Part shown: positions 1 to 14,339 of the stretch, piece by piece | How the letters are laid out: the number at the start of each line of letters is the position of its first letter | How positions within the stretch are numbered: position 1 is the stretch's first letter | Source of the DNA: the human T2T-CHM13v2.0 reference genome, Homo sapiens | Reading direction: 5' to 3' (one strand) | Assembly (NCBI RefSeq): GCF_009914755.1 | Contig: NC_060939.1 | DNA length: 64,000 bases | Notes under the pieces: generated by a model | Database searches by the model: none | Told to the model about the DNA's origin: nothing | What the model saw: the letters and a program-made list of their open reading frames with translations, nothing else | Translations under genes and position numbers: made by a program

Positions 1-814
1 TTAGCTAAGGGAATAAGATCTTTTTGCTGGTGGGGCAAGGTTTTGCCTGTGTATCAGCCAGTTGTCTCTGTTCCCCACATCTGGCAGCCAACCCCTCAGT
101 GTGCATCCCTCACTACCAGAGGCCTCGCCCTGAACCCTGGAAAGCCCTCAGTAATACCAGCAGCTCCCTCTTCCTGAGTGCTTTCAGCACCAGGCATTGA
201 TTTAGGATCAACCTGCATGAGCACTGACTCATTTGATCTTACCTACAGCGCTTTATTTTTATTTTTATTTTTTATTTTTACCTACAGCACTGTGGGGTAC
301 ATGCTGTTGTCTTTACTTCTCAGGTGAACCAAAACAAGACACAGGGAGTTTAACCAGGTGGTGAGTGGCAGGACAGATTTGAACACAGGCGGGTCTATTC
401 CATCCTAAAGCCTGTACTCTTAGTAAGCAGTATGCAGCTGAAAAAGCACGGTGAGCTTTCTACATATCCATACTGCTCACATGCTGATGCTTCCACTCGA
501 CATTGGGTTGTGGATAACTTCTCAGTTCCGACAAAGTTATCTGAACCACCAGTCTTACCAACCTCAGAAAAACAGATCAGATGCCTGTGCAGTAATTTAT
601 TTAACCATTCCCCAATTATGGACATCTTGGCTTGCTTTCAATTTTATGTTTTCCAAAATATCATCATAAATATTTTCAAACATATGGAAAAGAGGAAAGA
701 ATTGTAGTCAACATACCTATGTCCACTATCTAGATTCTACAAATAACATTTTAGTATATTTGCTTTATCACATCTATCCATCTCTCCATCCCTCTGTCCA
801 TCCATGCATCCATC

Positions 815-963
815 TTTTTTTTTCATTTTTTTCTTTTTTAAATATAGAGATGAAGTCTTACTATGTTGCCCAGGGGAGCCTCGAACTCCTGTCCCCAAGT
901 GATCCTCCCTGCCTCAGCATCCTAAAGTGCTGAGATTACAAGAGTGAGCCACCATGCCTGGCT
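815..963 (-). mobile_element. Alu left monomer (FLAM/AluJ)
   Basis: T-tail followed by Alu left-arm reverse complement; flanked by atccatct. Confidence 0.85.
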
Positions 964-1320
964 ATCCATCTCATTTTTGAATGCATTTCCAAATAAGTTG
1001 GGGATTAAATAAAGAGTACCTGAGGGCCCAAAGTAGCCCCCCTGGCTTCCTCTCTAGTAGAAAGTAGGGTGAGGATATAGGTGATCTCCCTTTGGAGGCA
1101 GACTATGTGTGTGCACTTACTTACACTGGCGAACCTTCCAGGGTGGAACTTGACTTCATCATACATCTAACTTTCAATATTTGTTTACTGTTGTTCTTTC
1201 AGGTAAGATTTACATACAGTGAAATGTATGTATCTTAAGTGCACTGTTCAGTTCATTGTGAAAAGTGTATATCCCAGTGTAAAGCACACCCCTAGCAAGG
1301 CATAAAATGTTATCATCACT

Positions 1321-1614
1321 GGCTGGATGCAGTGGCTCACATCCGTAATCGCTACACTTTTGTAGGCTGAGTAGGGAGATGGCTGATGCCCAGGAGTTCA
1401 AGACCAGTCTGTGCAACATAGCAAGACCCCATCTCTAAAAAAATTAAAAATTTGCTGGGTGTGACGGTGCACACCTGTAATCCCAGGTACTTGGAAGGCC
1501 GAGGCAGGAGGGTTGCTTGAGTCTGGGAGGTTGAGTTTGCAGTGAACTATGATTGTATCACTGCATTCCCGCCTGAGTGACAGTAAGACTTTGTTCACCC
1601 CCACCCAAAAAAAT
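1321..1614 (+). mobile_element. AluJ
   Basis: Dimeric Alu with J-type motifs (atgattgtatcactgc). Confidence 0.9.
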
Positions 1615-2357
1615 TACCATCATGATCACCCCATAAAGCTCTTTTGTGCCCTTCTCAGTTGCTTTCAATTTTTGCTGATAATACACAACTTGTTGCTAAC
1701 TTTAAAGACCTGATTAAATAAAGTATGGCACCTGCTTTGTCCTCCTTTGACCGTGGGGGCAGAACCTTTGCCTGCAAAGGCCCCCAGTTGTGGTGAGCAG
1801 ACCTCATGATGAGTTCAAGTGCAGACTTTGGCTGGGGGTTCTGGGATAAGAAAGCAGCACCAAGCCATGGGTTATTCTGGGCTAAAGGGCAACAAGGTAC
1901 GGAGAGTGGTCCTGGCTATCTCTGGGCTTGGGATTAGGGTTGCAGTTTTGGGTTCTGACAGTGAGGTTAGAAACAGGCCAGGGAAGAGGAGATGGAGCAG
2001 GGGCCCCATGGGTGGTGAGCACTGTATTGAGGCTTTGTATGTCCTTGTTTATCCTGAGGGCCTCACCTGAGCCCCCATGGACCCTAAGGCCCAGTGATGG
2101 GTGCCAAGCTGTTCCCACTAGAGTTGTCCTCATATTTCCTGCTGCAGTCCAGACTAGAATGGGCATTGGAGGCAATGCATGTACCTTTCGCTAGCAAGAT
2201 GAATACAAAAACAGCACAAAATAGATTGCAGGTAGTGTCGGGCAGATGTGCTTTCAGCCGTCTGAATCGCTATGTTGTTATGAGGTGGAGAGGGGGAGGG
2301 TATAGACACAGGCATTTCTGGCTCTTGCACACTGCTGTTCTTTTCTTCCCATTGCAG

Positions 2358-2408
2358 AGGGTGTGTGGAGCACTGCGGGCGAGATGGAGCTGAGGGAAGG
2401 CAGAGCTG
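2358..2408 (+). other. Candidate 51-nt alternative upstream IL16 exon
   Basis: Acceptor ctgttcttttcttcccattgcag|A and donor CTG|GTACGT; internal ATG at 2384 (GAGATGG) is in frame with IL16 if spliced to 39304. Confidence 0.45.
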
Positions 2409-2970
2409 GTACGTGTTGAACGTCCACTGTATTTCAGGCAGTGAGAGCGTTCTGTATAAGTCTTATAATAACCCATTTTACAGATGAGGAAGCTGATGCT
2501 CAGAAAGAGGACTGGCTTCCCTCAGGTCAGACACTAGTCAGCAGCAGCCCAGGGGATAGGTACTCAGGCTGCTGGACTCCTGGACCAGTGCTCTTTTCAA
2601 TGCAAACCCCTCCTGTGACTAGGGTGTGCACGTGCATACGTATGCCTGTAACAGGTTAGATCCATGTGTTGATGTGTCTATATTGTCTCTGTGTCTATGC
2701 ATCTGATCACAAAGAATCCCTCTTTCCCTCCTTCCTTTGCCCTTCTTCCTCCCGGCCTTTTTTTCTTCTTTCTCTTCCTCTTCTCATCCCTTCCTCTCAC
2801 AGCTACTTAGCATCCAGTTTGTGTCAGGTACTATGCTCAATACCAGGGCTACAAAGAAAGATATGGCACAGCCCCTGGCAGCAAGGCTTTATTCTCTTAC
2901 TGGTAAGGCAGACACACGGATGAGAGAACTCAGCATGGAGTGCTTTGGGAGGACAGAAGGGCAGCTCCTT

Positions 2971-3587
<617 letters not shown>

Positions 3588-4649
3588 TCAAGTGATTTAA
3601 TGTGTGAGATGGGAGGGGGTGTCAGGGAAGTCTTCCTGGAGGAGGTGATTCTGAGCCAAGCCTTGAAAAACATACAAGAGTTCACTGGAGGCAGGGCTTG
3701 TTGAAGCTCTTGCTTAGAAAGGGCAGAGTGTGCTGACATGTGGAGGTGGAAGGATGCACGAAGCATCTGGAGGAACTTCAAGCGTCGGAGAGACAAGCCT
3801 GTGTTCTTGGGCAGGGATTTAAAATTTTTACTTATTGAGTCAGTCATGTCATGACAACAACAAATTAAGAGAAGAAAGTAGGGATTTCTTAATCTTTAAA
3901 AATGTTGCTTTCTGATGCAAGGCAGGAAGCGGCGTTCCTCAGATACTTGTGTGGGCAGAAAGACTGAAAGCGTGGGACAAATAACTGCTTTGCACAGCTG
4001 GGCACCATCCACCTCGAACTCCACCCTTGTCCTGTCTGAAGCCACGCAGGCCAGGGCCCCTGGCCAGGGCATCTCGGACATTCTGTGACAGCCAGAAAAG
4101 ACGAGGGACTCAACTGCCTCCACACCCTTGTAAAAGGCAAGACCCCAAACTGAACACATGGTTCCTGCCAAAGTCTTGCTGAGTGGAAACATTCTCCCCC
4201 TTCTCCCCCGGGTGTGTCACTCATTAATACCTGGCCTTTTCTTGTTGCCAGGTGGTGCTGTGCAAACCATCCTAATATTGGCCTTAAAAATAGCACCACC
4301 CAGGCACTGACCACTCCCTCCCAGTGTGGCGTTTAACCCTTTCTAAGCCCACCCATGTGATAGGGCTGAAGGGGATGGGTAGGAATCTACAGATGCTCAG
4401 CACGGCAATGTTTACTTACTCAGCTTTTGTTACAAGGACAAGAACTGACTGGATTTTGTTGTCAGATAATCCTGGGTTAACATCCTGGCTCTGTACTTTG
4501 GGCTTTGAGTTGTTTTACTCCCTGTGATGTCTCTTCCTCCCTTTCTTATAAGAAAAAGGGGAAATCATTATGGTACCAACCCTCCAAGTGAATTGTGGAG
4601 CTGGATACTGTGTGGATGGTACTTAGCCTTGTGTCTAGCTGTTCCATGG

Positions 4650-5079
4650 TGAGCAGGCCTATGCAAACCTACCCCCAAAGGCTGAGGAAGTTGAGGGGCC
4701 AAAGAAAGAAGCTGAAAAATCCAGTTTCTTAGAAAGAAATGTTGAATAGGGACTTATGTCCAGAAGCCATGTCTGTGTCTAGGACGGCGAGACAAGATGG
4801 TGAATCCCCACAATTACACCCCAGACCCAGGGTTTATATATCATAGGAGAAGGGTACAGTGCTTCAGAAGGAATGGGTAGGGTGATTGCTCAAGGTCAGG
4901 ATTTATGGTAAGTACAATAACATCAAGATTGTTTTGACCTAAGGGTAGGATAAGTACATGCTCTTATACAAGGAACAGTAGATAGACTAGAAACCTTACG
5001 AGACTTTCCTGGAACTGGAGTTAATCAGAATCCAACATGGGGGATTAGCACCCAAGATGGAGTTGCCTCAGCCTCCACA
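4650..5079 (-). mobile_element. Solo ERV-class LTR (subfamily not assigned)
   Basis: TG...CA ends, ~430 bp, ttatata (reverse TATA), terminal caagatggagtt...ccaca typical of primate ERV LTRs. Confidence 0.7.
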
Positions 5080-5429
5080 CTGGCCCACAGCAAGTGCTGC
5101 ACAAATGCTTGTTGTTGCTGTTATTAATCAGCCAAGGTTCTATATCTCTGAGTACTTTTTATTTGTTTTAGAGCCATGAATTAAACCAAGTGATTCTTCT
5201 TGTCATAACCGGAGGGTCATGAATGCTCTTGGAACTAAACTCTCTTCCCTTGGAGAGAACATTCTGTTTCCTAATCTGTGGCTTCTAGGAGCTAAGAGAG
5301 ATACTGTGAATATGTTTTTTAAGTTCCATTTAAACCTGGGCCTAATCACATAAATTACGCTAAGGAAATGTCTGGAAGAGCTCTTTGTAAACTGAAAACT
5401 ACAAACAAATGTAGAAACTCATTACATGG

Positions 5430-5995
5430 CATTAGTCATTTATTCATTCATTTATGCATTGATTCACTCAGTAAATGTTTATCAACCCTTTATGGGCCAG
5501 GCATGCTCTAGTGCTGGGGACCCCACAGTGAACAGGCTGATGAGGTCCCTGTGTGGGACCTAGATGGGGCGGATGGGTGGTATGTAAGTACCCAAGCAGA
5601 CTAACAAGACAGCTTCAAATGCTGGCAAGTTCTATGAAGAAAATAAAATAAGGAGAGGTAACGGTGAGTGCCTGGTTTAGGTTGAGTGGTCAAGAAAGAT
5701 CCCACTTAGGAGATGGAGTCAGGGAAGAGCCAGCCATATGAAGATCTGGAAGTGGAACTTTCCTGTAAGAGAAAACAGCTAGGGCAGAAGTCTTAGGGTG
5801 ACAAGGGCATGGCTTATTCAAGAAAGAGCCAGAAGGCCAGGGTGGCTGTGGGATGCAGCGAGCAGGAGAGGCAGAGGTGGAAGCTGGAGTTTGGGAGATA
5901 AACAAGGGTGAGATCATTTAGCTCCTTTGGGACACTGTAAGGAATTTGGGTATTATTTTGGAAAACAACGCAAAGCCTTTGGAAGGGGTGGAGCA
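5430..5995 (-). mobile_element. L2 3' fragment
   Basis: attcattca...gtttatc...gccaggcatgctctagtgctgggga...cagtgaaca pattern followed by degenerate L2 body. Confidence 0.7.
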
Positions 5996-5999
5996 CAGG

Positions 6000-6312
6000 G
6001 CATTTTTGGGGCAGTAAATATATCTCTCTGTCTGATACTACAGTGGTAGATCCATAACGCTATGCACTTGTCAGAACCCATAGAACTGCACAACACAATG
6101 GGTGAACCATCACGTAAGCCATGAACTTTAGCTAATAATCATGTATCAGTATTGATTTATCAATTGTAAAAAGGTACCACGCCAATGCAAGATGTTAATA
6201 GTATGGGAAATTGTGTGTGTGGAGAGGGAGATCAGTATTCGGGAGTTCTGTACTTTCTATGCAATATTTCTGTAAAGCTAAAACTGCTCAGAACAATAAA
6301 GTTTATTAAATT
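6000..6312 (+). mobile_element. Old L1M(C)-type 3' end
   Basis: cagaacccatagaactgcaca...ctgtactttctatgcaatatttctgtaaagctaaaactgctc...aataaagt. Confidence 0.7.
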
Positions 6313-6316
6313 TTTA

Positions 6317-6637
<321 letters not shown>

Positions 6638-7902
6638 AGTTTTTAAAAGTAATTCAAAGCCCTTGCAAATTTTATGCTGATCCAATTTATATTTTCAAAA
6701 AGCCTACCTGCTATTATGTGAAAAATGGATTATGAAGGTCTGCATAGGAACCAGAATCCCAGTTAGAAGGTGAAAGCTATAATCAGACAAGAGGCACTGG
6801 TAAGAGGAGGGTGGCGGCAGTGAAGATGGAGAGAAGCGGAAAGAAAGTGGGATAGCTTCTGGGGATAGAGCCAACGAGAATCACTGATAAATTGGATGTG
6901 ATGTGGAAGGTTAGAGAGATGGAGGGATCAAGATGAATAAAAACTCACAGAGGGCTTATTCTGGCAGGCACTGTTCTAAGAACCTTACAAGTATTACCAT
7001 ATTTAGCCCAAACAAACCTTGTGAGGTGGATGTTAGTGCACTAGCCAGCCTATAGATGACAAAACCAGTCCACAGAGAAGTGCCTTTTTGCCTGCCTATG
7101 ATCATGCACTTGGGCAGGGACAGACCTGCGAGATGAACCCAGGAATTTTGGCTTCAGAGCCTGTGCTATGTTCTTCCCACCTTGATACTGAGGATTTTGG
7201 CTTGGGAAATTGATGGATGCTAGTGACAATTACCAAAATGTGGAAGTTTAGGGAAGAAACATTTTATTAGGGGGGGAATCAAGAGTACTGTTGGCAGTGT
7301 TCCTTTTTTTTGCCTCACTGAATAACAGCCAGGCAATGTTACTTTTGAAATTTAAGTTAAACCCCAGCTGAAGATGTTAAGCAAGTGGTAGGAAAAAAGA
7401 GTCAGAATTCAAGGAGAAGTCCAGGCCTGGAGAAGTGAATTTGGGAGTTGTTGGCATGTGCGTGGTATATTTGCTTGTGGACTGGCTTCAGTTGCTTGTC
7501 GTGATTGTAAGTATCTTAGTGATGGAATATTACTTTGAAAGGATGCAAGCCTGATGGACAGTTTGAAAGAAAAAAAGGCCAGAGAGAGGGCAGCATGGTC
7601 TACATGGAAGTCAGCTAGAATTTTCGTATGAAGTTAAAACCCTTGGTTTGAATCTATATGTTGCTGTGGGCCAGGGAAAGAGGGGAAGAGAGCCGGGGAG
7701 CGGGAATCAAGGGACCAATGGCTTCTGACTGCACAGCCTTGGACGTGCACTTTTTGGACATGTAACTTCTCTGAGTCTCAGTGTTTGCATCCGTAAGTGG
7801 GGACGTACAATAAAATCATCAAGTTTTGGCCTCAACATTCTGTCTAAGTTGAAAGTGCTAAATGCAGAGAGAATTTATTATCATCATGTCCATTACTGTC
7901 AG

Positions 7903-8047
7903 GTTACATTACTAGTAACATTACATTACTAGTTAAAATTGTTACATTACTAGTTAAAATTGTTAAATTATATTCTGCGTCATGTTACATTACTAGTTAA
8001 AATTGTTACATTACTAGTTAAAATTGTTAAATTATATTCTGCTCATG
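7903..8047. repeat. Hierarchical tandem repeat: 64-bp unit x2, each containing 21-bp subunits
   Basis: 7921-7984 equals 7985-8047 except for one indel; subunit ttacattactagttaaaattg. Confidence 0.92.
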
Positions 8048-8389
8048 ATAATACAGTTCGCATGACCAAAAGTGTACAGCATAAAGAATTCCCAAGGCAT
8101 TTTATAGATTGCAGGACAGCTCTTTGCTCAGACCTCTGAGCAGCCCTGTCAGATTATTGGGTTATTGTTTCCATTTTGTGGACATGGAAACTGAGACTCA
8201 GTAAGGTAAAAGGACTTGCAGTTGACAGAGCCGCTTAGTACAGAAGCTGGGGCTTATTGCTCTGACCCTAAGCTCTTTATTTTGCCATTGTTTGAACAGA
8301 ATAGGAGATGACCCTGTTGTGTCATTTTAAGGACACACTTTCTTTTTGCCTTCTGAATATGTTTACTTGCCACAACAAACATGTATTAC

Positions 8390-8610
8390 TTTTATAACTA
8401 AAATTTTGAAATTAAAAATTTTTGTAATTTTAATTTTTTAAATTAAATTTAAATTTGTAATTGTAATTTTAATTTTTAAAAATTAAATTAGAATTTTTAA
8501 AATTAAAATTTTTTAAATTAATTTTTCAAAATTTATAATTTTAATTTTGTAATTAAAATTTTTGTAATTAAAAATTTACTTTTGGAAATAAAATTTTGTA
8601 ATTAAAAAAT
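8390..8610. repeat. Extremely AT-rich low-complexity tract
   Basis: Reiterated aattaaaa(a)tttt(t)gt motifs in both orientations. Confidence 0.9.
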
Positions 8611-9989
8611 AGGAGAATTAGAAGGAAATACAGGTTATTGATTATGAAACTTTAGCAAGCATCAGAATCACTTGTTGAACAGATTTCTCAGTTCCGTGGG
8701 CTGGAAGGGCCAAAAAGGTGAGCAGGCTTCTGCTTGGTTAGCTGTTGGCAGCATGCTTCCTCCTCTATTGCCTCATTCTCTCAGTAACACTGTGCAGTAG
8801 AAGTTTCTAATTTCATCTGGCAGACAATTAATTTCATCTAATTTTCATCGTAGCAAACTAAGGCTGTGAATGACCAAGATCACACAGGAAGCTCTTGGTT
8901 GAGCTTCAAGTGGTGCTTGAACTTCCTAGTTCTAACCAGGGCGGGGCTCTCTCACCTGCGTCTTCCTCCCCGTCTCTTCTGGCTTGCAGTGAGCTGGACT
9001 ATGGAGTGTTGGGCAGGGTGGAGACTCTTTCTGCAGGATGTCCTGAAGGGCAGAGGGGTGATAAAATTTCCACCTTGAAGCACAAACCACCCCGTATTAG
9101 GAAAAATCAGGGCCAAGTCTCAACTACACTTTGGAATAAATTTACCTTCTGAGAGTGAGAAAGAACAGATCTTCGGAAAATAGAGGGAGAGGCGGGAACT
9201 GGATTCAGGTGCCGATGACAAGAGAGAGCTTAGACTTAGTGGAGGAGGGGGGCTGTGGGGCCCTCCCAGGCCTCAGGATCCAAGAAGGGCAAGGCCAGCC
9301 CCCATAGCCCTGGGGTGCTGAATTGCTCCTCAGCCTCTCTGCCAGAGCAAGATGGAAGTGGGGCCTGAGTCTGTCCTGGCCCCACCGCACCCAGGCCATT
9401 GTGAGAGAGATTGTGGGTGTGAGCTGAGCAGGCGACACTGACAGAGGCGCTCACTCTCTGCAATTTAGAAATTCCTTCACTGCACTCCAGACTCACTCCA
9501 GACTCAGCCCTACAATGTCCCCTGTGCCTGCTGACAAAGGCAGCTTTATCCCCAGAGTGCTCCCTCCTCCCGTGCTTCCCTTGGGACCGTGGGCCTGTGT
9601 TCTCCAGCAGCAGCGGCTAGATCTTTGCAGCCTTGCATGGAATTTCAAGGGCTTCCTACAGGTTGCACCTACACCCTCATTAAAGCCCCCAGGAAGCCCT
9701 GAAACATTTGGTGCTGAGCGTTGGGAAACATTCCATTCTTTAGAAGAGAGGTCCATACAAAAACCTCAGCCTAGCATGTACACAGGGCTCACAGAGACTG
9801 AGCTTAGGAGAGATGTGTGGGATGCTCTTTGCGGGGCAGATGGATTAAATGCCACCTTATGATTAGATTCTCCAAGGGGCTACGTGGGGGAAAGGCACTC
9901 TGGTCTCATGACACTAATGCCAACAGGACACACACAAAAGTGCCCCATTCTTTTATGCTGCAGTTTTCAACATGCTCTGTATACGTTAG

Positions 9990-10145
9990 GTCATGGGCTC
10001 TCGCACCTGAGCACGCACCAAAATCACCTGGAGGCTTTGTGAAAACAGAGTGCCAGAGGTGCTGCTTCAGGAGGTCTAGGCCAGGGCCTGAGAACTTGCA
10101 TTTCTAGCAGATGCTGCTGATGCAGCTGGCTTGAGGACCACTGAG
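9990..10145. mobile_element. MER5A-like hAT-Charlie DNA transposon remnant
   Basis: aatcacctggagg.tttgtgaaaacagag...ggcctgagaacttgcatttctagcag...gctgctgatgc...ggaccac. Confidence 0.75.
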
Positions 10146-10419
10146 TTACATAAGCTTCTGAGAGCCAGTCTGTTGTTTTTGGGAAAGGGTGGCACAGACA
10201 AGAAATGAAATGCTATGGAAAAAGCCTGGGCTTTGGAGACAGGTGGATTTTGACTTGCTAACTTGCTAACTGTGTGACCTTGGGGAAATTCCACGGCACG
10301 TAGTAGGTGTTTAATGAACGTTTGTGCAGTGGCTTTCTTTGTCTGCAAAGCAGGTGATATATTTACCAGATTGATGGCAGGATTGTATGTGATGACTTTT
10401 TTCCTCTTTTTATTAAATT

Positions 10420-10548
10420 TTTATATAATTTGAGAGGAGTTCTTGCTATGGTTTGCCCGGGCTTGTCTTGAATCCCCCGGCTCAAGTGATCCTTCTGCCT
10501 CAGCCTCCTGAGTAGCTGGGATTATAGGCACGTGCCACAGCTTCCAGC
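10420..10548 (-). mobile_element. Alu monomer fragment
   Basis: ctcaagtgatccttctgcctcagcctcctgagtagctgggattatagg. Confidence 0.8.
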
Positions 10549-10739
10549 ATGTGATGAGGTTTATAGAAAGCTCCTAGCAGCGTGCCAGGCACATTGCAGG
10601 CACCGAGTCATGTCTGCTACCTTTCGGCTCTCCTAGTCATTTCTGTGTTGTCCAAAGAAGGCAGGGGCAACTGGGCTGGACCAAGGAACCTCACTGTGGT
10701 TCTGTGGCTCTGCACTGGGTTTGCCTCCTGGGTGTTGCC

Positions 10740-10980
10740 GGCCAGCCCAGCAGATGGTGGACCTTGTTCTGAGGCTGAGCTTCTCAGCACTGGCAGCCCC
10801 CCTTTTTGGATCAAGCCTTTTCACGTGGAGCAGTCAGATGGCTCAGATCAGGAGTCTTCGAGCAAATCCATGCCAGGTGGGACACATTTGTCCTGAGTCA
10901 CCTGTCCAGAGCAGGTGGTGAATATTGTGTCCTACTCACGGCATCTCAACTATCGGAGCCTGGGATCTGACTCAAAGGCC
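10740..10980 (+). promoter_or_regulatory. Putative TATA-less, non-CpG-island promoter of IL16 exon 1
   Basis: E-box CACGTG 10822-10827; AP-1 TGAGTCA 10894-10900 and TGACTCA 10968-10974; several CAGATG/CAGGTG/CACCTG E-boxes; adjacent to exon 1. Motif matches only. Confidence 0.45.
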
Positions 10981-11157
10981 GGCCTCCGTCTGAGAACTGA
11001 GCGTCCATTTCTCAATCCTTGCCGGCTCTGACCCAGGCCTGGGCCACAGGCTGTCCGGGAATAAGTGGTGCTGCAATCCCTGCTGGGCAGATGGAGAGAG
11101 GAGCAAGGGAGATGGCAGCCCCGGGGGACTGTGCATAGGGAGGTAGGTGGGCACCAG
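10885..11157 (+). other. IL16: IL16 non-coding exon 1 (start approximate)
   Basis: Repeat-free GC-rich segment ending in a perfect donor CAG|GTGAGT (11157/11158); the join ...GGCACCAG|GGACTCATGAAG... matches my recollection of the IL16 long mRNA leader. Confidence 0.75.
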
Positions 11158-12742
11158 GTGAGTGAATGTCTGTCAGGCAGCTGCTCTGTCCAGGTGGCCG
11201 TTACCGGAGGGAGGAAGCTGGCCTCTCTGACCTGAATGGGGAGGGTCTTGGTTGCTAGGACGTAACTTCATATTTGGAAGTGGTGCTGGGGTCAGGGGCA
11301 GGAGCAGAAGCCAGGATTGTGTTGGTAGGAATCTCTGTGTCACCATGTCACAGTTAGGTACAGGAGGAAGCAGCTTCAGAAGGCCAGAGCGGGCAGAGGG
11401 ATATCGCTTGACCTGGCTCTGCAGCACGGGGAGAATTTGGTCCTGAGATTTCTGACTTTTCAGCCTCGTCTCATCCTTGGCAATGGGGTGTGGAAGGAGG
11501 TGGAGGAAAGGAAGGCAGCAGGAGAGAGAAAGGCCACGGGGCACCTGATGGGGGCTTCTCTGCTGCCTGGCCAGACTCCTTTTCTCCAAAGTGGGCACAG
11601 CGGGTGGGCATCTCTGCAGATTGACCATGGGAAAAGTGTTCACTCTGCTTGCTTTTTGATAAGGGTCCCGTGACTAATTCCTGCATTGGTAGGTCCCAGG
11701 ATTGGTGTTTTTTTGTTTTTGTTTTTTGTTTGTTTGTTTTTTTCTTTTTTGGTCCATAGCAAGTTTGCTTTCTGTAGCTGGAGAATGAGGTAACAGCATA
11801 AGAATAGAGGTTCCCTGTGGAATACAGGGAAGCATCTTCTCCTCCTGCCCTTATCAGGTGAAATCCTCCCACTTCAGGCTGAGCCATACAAAGACGACCC
11901 CTTTGTCCCAGGAGGCCAGTTCAAGCTCCCACTGGGTTCCTGGAAGCAGCCTGGGAGCTGCCGTCTCTGTGGCTCCCCTTCCTATTTCTCCAGTTTCCCC
12001 CGGAAGGAGAAGACCGTTCAGCCTTTTTCCTCCTCTGTTCTCCTTCTTTACCCTGAAGTTAAGTGATGGTCAACATTTACGAGCACAGTAGAAGGCACCT
12101 CCCCTGCTGCAGATATGACGTGGGCATGAGCCGTCAGGTGGGTCAGACCCTTGAAGCCTCTACTGCTCATTTATTCAATCCCCAGTGAGTCTTTTAAATA
12201 AAACTTAGTACCCCAACCATTTCCTGGCCACTCTTCAAGCCCCAGGCACCAAGCTAAAATATTCACATACCTCATTTAATTTAAACCTTACAACAACCTG
12301 GAGCTTAGGGAGTATATCCCCAAACCGAGAGGTGAGGAGGCTTGCACAGGACCACTCAGCTAGACGTTCCCAGGACCCAAACCCAGCTTGACTCCAAAAT
12401 CCATGCTCTCACTGGCTTTGTGGCATGCCTCAATAAATACTTGAGTTTCCTCAACACAAAGATGGTCATATATCCATAGGGTTAAAAAATAATCTCTGTT
12501 GGATGCAATTGACTATAGAATTATTATTTTCTAATTGTTTGTATTCATGGAAACCTTTTTAGAATTAAAATCTATCATGAAAACTCATGTATAATCAGTT
12601 AAGGCAGAATTATTTTGGCAGAGGCAGACCAGGACCTTGAGACCTGCCCTTTTGTCAACCCCTCCCCCTTTCTGGTTCCCAGCAGTGGCCCAGGGGTATA
12701 GGAGTGAGAGGGAGGGAGGTACACTTTGAATTGAAATCTACT

Positions 12743-13239
<497 letters not shown>

Positions 13240-14339
13240 CTAGGAAGGCAGCTTGAAATCAGGAATTTACTTCAAGTTCTTCTTTTGAATTCCTGTTGAA
13301 ATAAGGACGAATCTATGTCAGTCTTGTAAACTAGACAGTGTTGCTCAGTGTGTGCCAGAAACACTGAGAAGTCTCAGTGGATGTCTCAGGTGGATGTGAA
13401 GGACGTTGGGTGGAAGGGCGGAGCCCATCAGGAGGGAGGCGCTGTTCTTGCCACATCTGGAGATGCTGGAGGAGAGGTTTGCTTTGAGTGGGAGCAACTG
13501 GTAATGCTGGACAGTGACCCGATGCTGGGATCCCGCGTGGAGATCTCCATCGGTCTTGCCCCTGGCTGAGTCTTGGCATGTGCAGCTGGGATGGAAATGC
13601 TCCTCCAGTGGACAGTTACAGCAGCTAAGACATGGCTACCTTGCTCAGCCAATAGGAGGCGGTCACCTACAAACATCCCTTCCAAAGGTTCAAGGCTCCC
13701 CTGAGAACTTGGATGCTGGGGAATGGTGCACCTTCCCTGCTGCTCACTGCACCTCTCACCTGGCAAAGAAAAGCCACAGGAAATCTAAGCCCTTTCTGCA
13801 GTCTGGCATCGGCATATGAAAGATTCCAACGAGGAATTTCAGAACTCATCCCAGCTCCCGAATCTGAGTAAGCACAGACCTCTTGAGTAGGGCTGAGCAA
13901 ATGCGGCAAAATCAATGCACATATGACAAGATTCAGTGGCCCAAAGAAGGGAGCTAAATGAGGAATCAAAGCAAATACCCCATATGGAATTGCTGTAAAA
14001 AATCAGAGAAAACCTGAAAGTAGTGGTTTTCAAGCATGACCCACTAGTGGATTGAAAATCAACTTAGCGGGTTGGAACCAACTTCCTTTTTCTAAAACAA
14101 AAAAAGAATAGCATACATCAGATTGCATCAGGTTCTTAGCAAAATCATATTTTATATTATCTTTTTCATACCAAAGATATTTTATATTATTTTTATTATA
14201 CCGTAGTAAAGGTATTGTTTCATGAAAGTTTTTAGTTATATATATTTATTTATTTATGTATACATATAAATCTTATGTGTATGTGATCCATGTACTATGA
14301 TGTAAAATGTAAATTATTATGGTAAGTCAAGATTTTTTT

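Noticed and set aside
10781-10800. REST/RE1-like motif near the neuronal-isoform promoter (TCAGCACTGGCAGCCCC)
   Set aside because: Spacing and right half-site do not fit TTCAGCACCNNGGACAG; the match at ~183 is a left half-site only.
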